This document shows positions 25,225 to 32,475 of a stretch of 37,109 nucleotides of DNA, in pieces. Position numbers and translations under genes: made by a program. This stretch comes from an uncultured Alphaproteobacteria bacterium (GTDB lineage Bacteria > Pseudomonadota > Alphaproteobacteria > CAKMZR01). Below the pieces are notes generated by a model, which was not told the origin of the DNA, searched no databases, and saw only the letters and a program-made list of their open reading frames with translations. The DNA lies in contig CAKMZR010000001.1 of the NCBI GenBank assembly GCA_929200455.1, positions 1 to 37,109 on the forward strand. The letters are read 5' to 3'. Every line of letters starts with the position of its first letter. Position 1 is the first letter of the stretch.

Positions 25225-25507
25225 AAGAGAGATGACGGCAAAAGAGACGGCGGTTTTGAGCAAGGTGGATCACCTTCTTGCAAAAATTGAGGAGGAGGGT
25301 GATGTGATTTGCATTGAGGAGATGGGGGATGATTTTAAAAAACATGGGTTTGAGATTGAGTTTTCAAGTGGGGTTCCTGCGGGGGAAAATGCAACCTATG
25401 GGGTTTATTTTCAGGGAATAGAGGTAGCAGAGTTTGATGTTGAAAATGGCTTTTATTTAGACGGATATTCGGTGTTGGAGGAGGTTTTTCTTGATGGTGA
25501 CGAGTAA
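25214..25507 (+). CDS. Hypothetical acidic protein
   Basis: ATG 25214 (ORF-track start 25127 overlaps the upstream gene by ~100 nt); 97 aa. Confidence 0.5.
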   Translation: MNIKREMTAKETAVLSKVDHLLAKIEEEGDVICIEEMGDDFKKHGFEIEFSSGVPAGENATYGVYFQGIEVAEFDVENGFYLDGYSVLEEVFLDGDE

Positions 25508-25841
25508 AAAAAGAGTGACAATAACTGAAGAGATGCGGCATAAGGTGCGTTTTGCTCTTTATTATCCCATCAGAGGCGGTGGAAAACACGCTATGGTTGC
25601 AAAAGACTTCACGGCATTTACACCTTCTTGGATGAGCAATCTTCTCACGGGGGAATCTGAAGGCAAAAAATGCAATATTGAGCGGATTGAACACATTGCG
25701 GCGAGGACGGGGTATGACCTTGACTTTTTTATGGATGAAAGTCAGAAGGTGTGTATAGCGGAAATCGTCTTGATTTGTGCAAAGGAATTCAACAAGGGGT
25801 TGAAAAGCGGTAATAATCTCAATGAAGGAAAAAAATCATGA
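25494..25841 (+). CDS. Putative helix-turn-helix DNA-binding protein
   Basis: 115 aa. The segment AMVAKDFTAFTPSWMSNLLTGE...IERIEHIAARTGYDLDFF resembles an XRE/Cro-type HTH layout; GGAGGAGG upstream. Confidence 0.45.
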   Translation: MVTSKKRVTITEEMRHKVRFALYYPIRGGGKHAMVAKDFTAFTPSWMSNLLTGESEGKKCNIERIEHIAARTGYDLDFFMDESQKVCIAEIVLICAKEFNKGLKSGNNLNEGKKS

Positions 25842-26701
25842 TTGAAGAAACTGTTGACCATAAAGCAAAAAAGGCGTCTCCGTCTATTTTGTGGCGGGTT
25901 CACACGATGACCCCACGGCAAGCTTTCACGGAGAGTGAGCAAACGGACGACATGTTGCTCGGTTCACTCATCCATAGGTTGATTTTGGATGATGGCACAA
26001 TAAGTGAGAAGTATCATCCTCTTGATTTTGGCAAGAGGCGGGGGACAAAAGAGTGTCAGGCGTTGGAGGAGAGGGGCATCACACCCGTACCACACAACTT
26101 ATGGATGCGTGCAAAGTATGCGGCGTGGGCGGTTGAGTACAACAAAAGGGCAAATAACTTGATAAGGGCGGCGAAGAGGGTCGGTGACGTTGAGAAGAGG
26201 TTGCAAGCTGAGGTTGTATTGGGTGATACGGAGATTGAGGTCAATGGCGTTTTTGACGCGACCTTCACCGATGAAAAGGGCTTTTTTATTGTCGATGTGA
26301 AGACCTGTTCAAAAATGCCACTTAAGAGCGAATTTATCAAAAAAATAAGAGACGGTGGAATGGGGATGAAGGCGGCGGCTTATATGATGATTGCGGATTA
26401 CAACCAACTCAAAAAAGCAGACGGCAACAACTGGTTCGTGTGGATTTTTGTTTCTACAACCTCACCCTTTGAAGTCAGGGTGGTTTATGCGGCGGCTGAT
26501 GATAGAATTATTGCTGAGGGTGAGGTTGATTTTTGGGCGGCGTTAGAGAAATTCCGATGGATACAATCGCAAGATGAAATTCCAGACGAAAGGGGTACAC
26601 ATGACGGTATTGATTTAAGTGAAATCTGGTATGAAAAAGCACTTTACTCAACCGTTGCAAACCAACCAACACAACCAGAAAGCGAGTTTGATGATGAGTA
26701 A
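25838..26701 (+). CDS. PD-(D/E)XK-type recombination exonuclease
   Basis: 287 aa with GVFDAT ... FFIVDVKTC (D...D/ExK arrangement). Lies next to an annealase-like gene. Confidence 0.55.
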   Translation: MIEETVDHKAKKASPSILWRVHTMTPRQAFTESEQTDDMLLGSLIHRLILDDGTISEKYHPLDFGKRRGTKECQALEERGITPVPHNLWMRAKYAAWAVEYNKRANNLIRAAKRVGDVEKRLQAEVVLGDTEIEVNGVFDATFTDEKGFFIVDVKTCSKMPLKSEFIKKIRDGGMGMKAAAYMMIADYNQLKKADGNNWFVWIFVSTTSPFEVRVVYAAADDRIIAEGEVDFWAALEKFRWIQSQDEIPDERGTHDGIDLSEIWYEKALYSTVANQPTQPESEFDDE

Positions 26702-27566
26702 TATTGGACACAACAACCCTCCTGCGGCAGAGTTTGAAGATATTCTACTGGAGATTGAAAACATGAAGATGGGTGGGATTGAGGAGGTGCAACAGGCGGT
26801 GATGGAGTTGAAGGATGGCTTGACTTTGACGGAAGCTGAGTTGAGAGATGAAGAGCATTTAATCCTCAGGGAAGAGGATGTACATGGCTTGAAACAACTT
26901 GAGGTTGATGCATCTCAACTGCTTAAGAACATAAATAATGGCAGAATCGGAATTGACAAGAGGTTGCAATCTTTCAACGATCACAATCGTGGGGAAATTA
27001 AAGAAATAACTCAGCATTTTGAAAAGCTGAAAGGTCAGTTGAGAGACCTTCTTAAGGTTTCACAGCGTCGTGCAGAGAAGGTTGAGAGGGAGCGTCGTCA
27101 AGAGCAACTCAGGGTTGCAGAAGAAGAGCGACGCAAGGCGGAGGAGCAGGATAGGATTTTGCGTGAAAAACAACTCGAAGCACAGAGAAATGCTGATGAA
27201 AAAGAGGCGGCAAAGATTGCAGAAGAGAGGCGGGCGGCAGAAGAGTTGGCGGTGGAAGCAACGGCAAACCTTGGAGTTGCGGCGGCGGCGGCGTCAGAAG
27301 AGGACGTCGTCAAGAAAGACGTGTCTTCATTCTTGAAAGTTAAGAATGATGGGCATATAGTGCTGAGTACGGGTGACGACCTGCGGAAGTTTATGTATGA
27401 AAATCCACATCTGTTTACCCTAAATCAAGCTATGGTTGCAACAATGGCAAGAGAAGAGTTGACAAAACTCAAAAAAGCGGGTGGAAAGTTAGTCGGTGAA
27501 GTGGTCGAGATAGACCTCATTCCTGGCTTGAAAATCAACATCATAGAACAGGACAAAATGCGATGA
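26691..27566 (+). CDS. Hypothetical coiled-coil protein (N-terminal IGHNNPP motif)
   Basis: ATG 26691 overlaps the upstream stop; 291 aa with a central highly charged helix (ERERRQEQLRVAEEERRKAEE...). Confidence 0.55.
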   Translation: MMSNIGHNNPPAAEFEDILLEIENMKMGGIEEVQQAVMELKDGLTLTEAELRDEEHLILREEDVHGLKQLEVDASQLLKNINNGRIGIDKRLQSFNDHNRGEIKEITQHFEKLKGQLRDLLKVSQRRAEKVERERRQEQLRVAEEERRKAEEQDRILREKQLEAQRNADEKEAAKIAEERRAAEELAVEATANLGVAAAAASEEDVVKKDVSSFLKVKNDGHIVLSTGDDLRKFMYENPHLFTLNQAMVATMAREELTKLKKAGGKLVGEVVEIDLIPGLKINIIEQDKMR

Positions 27567-28267
27567 ATAATTCATGGACAAATGAGCAAGAGGAGATGCA
27601 GTCTTCTGTGCCTCAGAAAACTCAACCAAAAAAACAGCCTCTCAAAAAGAAAGAGAGCTCGGCGTTTGACAATGCGACGACGATTGGTGGCTTTGAAAAT
27701 GACGACTCTTGGTTGCAAAAAAGGGAGGAGGTAGAGAGGGCGTATTTTGCTTTTTACAAGATAGGTCAACCCACAAGTGACCTTGATGGGTATTTGCACG
27801 CGGCGGGCGTCGGCTTCATGCAACAGTTTTTGATGGAATTACCATTCGGCAAAAAACAATTCCACGTTGCAAGATTTGCGGGTTCTTACACTCCTATTTT
27901 CTCTTATCACTCAAAACTTGCCTATGCTTTGAATTTACGGGGTGAGGATGGGAGGAAATTGGTCAAGAGGGTAAACTGCAACTTTAAGTATAATGACGAT
28001 GGTGAACCTTTGACGTGCATTGCAACCATAGATACTCATGATGTTGAGGGGTTCGTGGGCTATGAAATCACCAAAACCCTTGCAAAAAGGATGGAGCAGA
28101 ATTCAACCGAGAAGAGCATGTGGCGGCGAGAACCTGAGACCATGTGGGAAAAAACAACCTTGAGTAGAGCACTGGATAGATTGCAAGGGATGCAAGAAAT
28201 CTATGATGAGACGGCGGAGACGTCTTTTGATGTGCAAAATTCAACCAAAAAGCGACCATTCGACTGA
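27563..28267 (+). CDS. Putative single-strand annealing protein (RecT-like)
   Basis: 234 aa. The C-terminal motif MWRREPETMWEKTTLSRALDRL resembles the RecT-family signature; lies in a module with the exonuclease. Confidence 0.45.
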   Translation: MNNSWTNEQEEMQSSVPQKTQPKKQPLKKKESSAFDNATTIGGFENDDSWLQKREEVERAYFAFYKIGQPTSDLDGYLHAAGVGFMQQFLMELPFGKKQFHVARFAGSYTPIFSYHSKLAYALNLRGEDGRKLVKRVNCNFKYNDDGEPLTCIATIDTHDVEGFVGYEITKTLAKRMEQNSTEKSMWRREPETMWEKTTLSRALDRLQGMQEIYDETAETSFDVQNSTKKRPFD

Positions 28268-28275
28268 GAGGGATT

Positions 28276-28596
28276 ATGAGTATATTTAAGAAGCTGTTCA
28301 AAAAACTACTGCCAGACCCCAATAGGATTGATTTTCTTGAACATACCTTTAAAGAGGGTATGGCGTTTTTAGAAATAAAATATAACCTTGAATACAACCT
28401 TAAGACGGGTAAGATGAAGTTGGGGTTGAGTTCAAGGACGGACGGGACGACCGACTTTACGGATAGGGAGGTGTATCTTATACAAAAACTTTTCGCACAA
28501 TGTATCATAAGAAATAGACAAGAAGATGTGGGGGCGATGCGTCTTAAGGTTGAGAAGTGCGGCGATGAGGATAAAGAGGAGAGAGTGTTGCATTAA
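28276..28596 (+). CDS. Hypothetical early protein
   Basis: 106-aa ORF ending at cassette copy 5. Confidence 0.55.
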   Translation: MSIFKKLFKKLLPDPNRIDFLEHTFKEGMAFLEIKYNLEYNLKTGKMKLGLSSRTDGTTDFTDREVYLIQKLFAQCIIRNRQEDVGAMRLKVEKCGDEDKEERVLH

Positions 28597-28693
28597 AAAA
28601 ATGCATTTTATTCAAAAAAAGAATTGACAAGGTGAAATGCGGGTGGTAATGTAAGGTCATGAGGGGGAGAAAAACAAACGAAAGGTCAGATAA
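28597..28693 (+). promoter_or_regulatory. Early promoter+leader cassette, copy 5 (-35 at 28624, -10 TAATGT at 28647)
   Basis: Upstream part matches copy 1; the -10 and leader are near-identical to copies 2 and 6. Confidence 0.8.
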
Positions 28694-29038
28694 ATGGTAG
28701 ATTTGAGAAGTTTTAGGGTACAGCTGTACAAAGAGGAGGCAAAAGATTTATTGTTATATCTGCTGTCTCGTATTTTTCACGAATGGCGGGAGAAATGCCA
28801 CAACCAAAAAAGCTTAGCTTATAAGCTCGGGCGGTTTGGTTTTGTGATGAGCGATGAGGATTTTGTAGGCGAAAAGGTCTTTGATGTTCTTTTCGGCAAA
28901 TGCAGGATTGCAACCATAACGTTAAAGAGGTCGGTGGAAACGGTCGCAGTGCAATATTCTCAAGATGAGGCGGAGTGGGCGGATTTGGAAGAGGTGTCTT
29001 TGGTGGGTTATGAGATTTTTTCTGAGGGAGACGAATGA
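28694..29038 (+). CDS. Hypothetical early protein
   Basis: 114-aa ORF starting at the cassette-defined ATG. Confidence 0.6.
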   Translation: MVDLRSFRVQLYKEEAKDLLLYLLSRIFHEWREKCHNQKSLAYKLGRFGFVMSDEDFVGEKVFDVLFGKCRIATITLKRSVETVAVQYSQDEAEWADLEEVSLVGYEIFSEGDE

Positions 29039-29286
29039 TGGAAAATTGGAAAAAATATATTGTCTATGGGAAGCCTCTCAAGGAAAAAATCAGAGGCATT
29101 TTAGGCGGTGCGGAAAGGATGGGGGTTTATGTTTGCATGAGCAAATATGGACAAGTTTTAGACGTTTTTTCATGCCTTAAAGTCGATGAAATAAAGAGGG
29201 TGACGGGTTCTTCAATCTGTCTGGGCTATGTCTTTTTTGACAAGAAAAGGTGTGTTGTTAAATATCAAACGGGAGAAAAATCATGA
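29035..29286 (+). CDS. Hypothetical early protein
   Basis: 83 aa, ATGA overlap. Confidence 0.55.
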   Translation: MMENWKKYIVYGKPLKEKIRGILGGAERMGVYVCMSKYGQVLDVFSCLKVDEIKRVTGSSICLGYVFFDKKRCVVKYQTGEKS

Positions 29287-29666
29287 CGACGGCGAAGGAT
29301 AAGGCGTTTATTGCCAGATTAAATTGGGTGAGGATGATGGACGGTTTAGTCGATAAGAAAATTGAAACTTTGAAGCGTTATTGGGAGGGCAAGGGGTACA
29401 CTGTGACGTCTTTTGCTTTGGAGTGCGGCAGGAGTTGCGTGCCGTTCACGGTTTGGTCTGAGTACGGCGAAGGTATAGAGGGAAAAGTCTTTTTTAGTGC
29501 GTTTGTCGGGTGGACCTCTCAGAGGAATGGTCTGCCAGTGTTCAGGGTGGATCAGAACGGCGGCGATCTGAAGGGGTGGTATAGGCAAATCAGAGACGAC
29601 GCGTGTTATCACGCAACAAAACATGCGGATTCAGACTTTTTGAGAGAGGAATGTGAAGATGAGTGA
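29283..29666 (+). CDS. Hypothetical early protein
   Basis: 127 aa, ATGA overlap. Confidence 0.55.
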   Translation: MTTAKDKAFIARLNWVRMMDGLVDKKIETLKRYWEGKGYTVTSFALECGRSCVPFTVWSEYGEGIEGKVFFSAFVGWTSQRNGLPVFRVDQNGGDLKGWYRQIRDDACYHATKHADSDFLREECEDE

Positions 29667-29770
29667 TGATAAAAAAATGAATAAAATGCAAAAAAGTTGT
29701 TGACACAGCAGAACGGGGGTGGTAATGTACAGTCATGAGGGGGAGAAAAACAAACGAAAGGTCAGAAATC
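29667..29770 (+). promoter_or_regulatory. Early promoter+leader cassette, copy 6 (-35 at 29700, -10 TAATGT at 29723)
   Basis: Same architecture as the other five copies. Confidence 0.8.
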
Positions 29771-30040
29771 ATGAGCATCACAATCACACTTAATACAAAC
29801 GCAATCCAACAGGACACGGGCAAGGCGGTCTTGGTGAAAATCCCATCGTCAGATTCGGCTTTTTGGATTCCCAAGAAAATGGCTAGAAGCGGAAAGGGTA
29901 ACACCCTCCGTTGTTGGTTCCCCACAGGAAGCTGGGATGTCAGAGTTGTAAGGTTGTCAACCAAGTGTGACAATGCCCAGCAGATGACCTCTCAGGAGTT
30001 GGCAGATGGCTTTTCTGGTTTGGAAGGAAAAGTCAGCTAA
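29771..30040 (+). CDS. Hypothetical early protein
   Basis: ATG 29771 is at the cassette-defined position (ORF-track start 29735 lies in the leader); 89 aa. Confidence 0.6.
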   Translation: MSITITLNTNAIQQDTGKAVLVKIPSSDSAFWIPKKMARSGKGNTLRCWFPTGSWDVRVVRLSTKCDNAQQMTSQELADGFSGLEGKVS

Positions 30041-30440
30041 GTGGGGGCAGGGGTGGGAGGGGTGGGATTTCATTAACAGGAGTGGGAAGAAAAGGACTTT
30101 GACTATGAAATTCGATTATAGAAACAGTGAAAACGGCAAAGGGCTTAAGAGGCTTTTGTCGCACGATGACTCCGAAGCCATCATAACTGCCGCAACAAAC
30201 CATATCCGTATACATGGGGATGGCGGTTATGCTATGGGAAAAGCTATAACTTCTCAACAAAAAGACACCGTCCATGCGGATATGTCACTTGCCGAAAAAG
30301 GTATAGAGGGGGAAATGGCATTGATGGTAAAAACACTTCATCGAGTACTCGACAGAGATGTTGCACTCCGTACAACAGAAGAAATAGATGAAATCGCAAG
30401 ACTAGAGTTTTTGAAGGGAGTGCAATTGGCAGGCAACTAA
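30006..30440 (+). CDS. Hypothetical early protein (start ATG 30006 or ATG 30105)
   Basis: ORF with GGAG 7 nt before ATG 30006. The alternative ATG 30105 lies downstream of the G-rich tract. Confidence 0.5.
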   Translation: MAFLVWKEKSAKWGQGWEGWDFINRSGKKRTLTMKFDYRNSENGKGLKRLLSHDDSEAIITAATNHIRIHGDGGYAMGKAITSQQKDTVHADMSLAEKGIEGEMALMVKTLHRVLDRDVALRTTEEIDEIARLEFLKGVQLAGN

Positions 30441-30493
30441 ACTATAGAGGGAATGGGTCAATAAATAGGGGTGGGAGAAATGAGGATGATGTG

Positions 30494-30925
30494 ATGGCAG
30501 AAGAAGAAGATTGGGACGACGATGTGGAGGAGGAGGCGGGGTTGTCTCGAAGAGAGCAGGCAAAAATGAGACCCGAGGAGGATAAGGGTGTGAGGAATAA
30601 TAAAAGAAAAGCGGAAGAATATGGTGTCTTGATGGCGGCGGAGTGCTTGGAAAAAATGGATTTTGACGAGGCTTGCGAGATGTTTAGGCAGAGATTCGGG
30701 AGAGAGGTTGTAGTGGAGGGGAGTGTAATTTGGGTTTTTGAAAACGGGACGGTTAATGAAATGGTCGAGAAATCGGTAATTATGGCAGGCAATGACATAA
30801 CGGTTCAATCTTGCGAATCGGCAATATGCAAAATCAGGCGTCTTTATAAAGACGGACTTTTGTTGAGGGCGATAAAGTGGAAGAATATCTGGCAGATTGA
30901 CCTGAAGAAGAGGATTGAGCAGTGA
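30494..30925 (+). CDS. Hypothetical protein with acidic N-terminus
   Basis: ATG 30494 overlaps the stop of a 4-codon upstream mini-ORF (TGATG); 143 aa. Confidence 0.55.
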   Translation: MAEEEDWDDDVEEEAGLSRREQAKMRPEEDKGVRNNKRKAEEYGVLMAAECLEKMDFDEACEMFRQRFGREVVVEGSVIWVFENGTVNEMVEKSVIMAGNDITVQSCESAICKIRRLYKDGLLLRAIKWKNIWQIDLKKRIEQ

Positions 30926-30927
30926 TA

Positions 30928-30996
30928 TTTTTGCATCGTACGATGAAAAAAAAGGGGTAGGGGCAATCAACAGGGGCGGGAGAATGAGAGTGAATT
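30928..30996 (+). promoter_or_regulatory. Composite element, second copy: T5-GCATCGTACGATG-A8 palindrome followed by GGGGTAGGGGCAATCAACAGGGGCGGGAGAA
   Basis: ~90% identical to 23372-23429. Fills the gap before the HAD gene. Confidence 0.7.
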
Positions 30997-31686
30997 ATGA
31001 CAGAGAAAACCATGAGTGAAAATGCGAAAAAGCTTGTTTTGTTTGATTTGGATGGCACTGTGAGCAATGACGAGGAGAGGTTCAAATACCTTCCAATGAG
31101 TGCAGATGGGGATTTTGAGGAATACCATAGGTTGTGTGCGTTTGACAAACCCTTCGATAAGACTTTTTGCAAAATGCTTGAATTCATGAAAAACCCTGAA
31201 AATATAGTGGGGTTTCTCACGATGCGACCACCTTCCATGTGGTCGGCAACAAAGTTTTTTCTGAACTCTTCCTATAGAGATGTGATGATGGAAAATGGAA
31301 AATACACCAAAGAAGAGCATCTGGATTTTATGAATTATGATTGGGTGCCTCTCTTTTACCCTGATGCACCTTTGCACATTTACGCTGATGCACCTTTGCA
31401 CATTGAAGGCATGTCATATAGGCTCTTTGACGTGTTGAAAGCTATTGAGGGGAATAGCAATTTTGAAGATGACGATTATAGAGAAAGGGTGGTCAACTAT
31501 AAAGCTTTTGTCATTTTTGCGGCAAGGTATAGACAAAATAGACACAACGAGCGGTTGTACACGGGGGCAATCTACGTTGATAGCGACGAGGCTCTCTTGA
31601 GGGCAGTGACGGAGAGGGTGGTTTGGTTTGATGAAAACTGGGATAACCTTAAGGATAAGGTACCTTCAAAGGGGGAGGGTGAATGA
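30997..31686 (+). CDS. HAD-superfamily phosphatase-like protein (start ATG 30997 or 31012)
   Basis: N-terminal motif I LVLFDLDGTVS. Contains an in-frame 24-bp tandem duplication. Confidence 0.55.
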   Translation: MTEKTMSENAKKLVLFDLDGTVSNDEERFKYLPMSADGDFEEYHRLCAFDKPFDKTFCKMLEFMKNPENIVGFLTMRPPSMWSATKFFLNSSYRDVMMENGKYTKEEHLDFMNYDWVPLFYPDAPLHIYADAPLHIEGMSYRLFDVLKAIEGNSNFEDDDYRERVVNYKAFVIFAARYRQNRHNERLYTGAIYVDSDEALLRAVTERVVWFDENWDNLKDKVPSKGEGE

Positions 31687-32123
31687 TGAAATATTTTCTT
31701 TATTTTTTATCACAAAAAGGCACATCTTATAGTTTGAGTTTTTTGCGATTGTTGATGTGGGTGGGCATCTTGGGAGTAAAAATGTCATTCATTCTCCTGC
31801 CTATAGTCGCGTTGCAGTTGTACTTTTTTGACTACAATGCTCTTGCGATGGCGGTGGGCGTGTTTGCGGCTTTTCTCGTTTTTGTGGGTGAGTTTTTCAA
31901 GATGGTTTCTTCTTTTGTATATGAAGATGATGATTTTTATACAAAGGTCGGGGATTTTGGGAGTAAAATCATTGTAGCGTCCGTCGTGTTTTTTTGCGGA
32001 GGGTGGTATTTTACGGGTGAAATAGTCTATGCGGTGATGACGGGCGTTGCTTATCTGGCAATCAATGGTTTTATGGCATTGGCGGCTGTTGTCGAGGCAA
32101 TCAGAAGAAAGTTGAAGAAATGA
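31683..32123 (+). CDS. Hypothetical multi-pass membrane protein
   Basis: 146 aa with about four hydrophobic segments. Confidence 0.55.
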   Translation: MMKYFLYFLSQKGTSYSLSFLRLLMWVGILGVKMSFILLPIVALQLYFFDYNALAMAVGVFAAFLVFVGEFFKMVSSFVYEDDDFYTKVGDFGSKIIVASVVFFCGGWYFTGEIVYAVMTGVAYLAINGFMALAAVVEAIRRKLKK

Positions 32124-32473
32124 GAACACCTGTATTTCACAAGAAGGCTGACACGTACAAGCAAGAGTTGCAAAAGGCGATGAGGATGTTAGGGCGTAGC
32201 ACTAAACTCATCGGAAGCATTTACCTGAACGGTTGTTATCAACAAATAATTGAGAGAAAGGGGGATGTATTTTATGCATTTAGTAGACTTACTTTGCATC
32301 GGTATTGCCTCTTAAGGTTGTATGGCGAGAGGCATCCTATATTCCCTGATGCGGTTTTTTCTTTTGAGGATGACGGTTGGGTGGGGCGGTTGGGGGTTGA
32401 GGATGACGGTATGGAGGTGGAATCAATGAAGGTTTTGGTTGAACCCGTCGACAAAATCGAGAGGGGGGTGTAG
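32120..32473 (+). CDS. Hypothetical protein
   Basis: 117 aa, ATGA overlap. Confidence 0.55.
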   Translation: MRTPVFHKKADTYKQELQKAMRMLGRSTKLIGSIYLNGCYQQIIERKGDVFYAFSRLTLHRYCLLRLYGERHPIFPDAVFSFEDDGWVGRLGVEDDGMEVESMKVLVEPVDKIERGV

Positions 32474-32475
32474 GC

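Noticed and set aside
20974-29666. There is an apparent shared pattern among small early proteins: an N-terminal helix with K/E-rich ...EEG..., a beta-rich C-terminus and acidic C-terminal tails such as GDE, EDE and DDE
   Set aside because: The similarity is too weak to call a paralogue family by eye. The acidic tails are explained by GGAG/GAGG ribosome-binding sites of the next gene embedded in the 3' codons.
20042-29770. The six regularly structured repeats could be mistaken for a CRISPR-like array
   Set aside because: The repeats are ~100 bp rather than 25-40 bp. They are separated by 1-4 kb of coding sequence. Each contains a -35/-10 pair plus an RBS context, and there are no cas genes.
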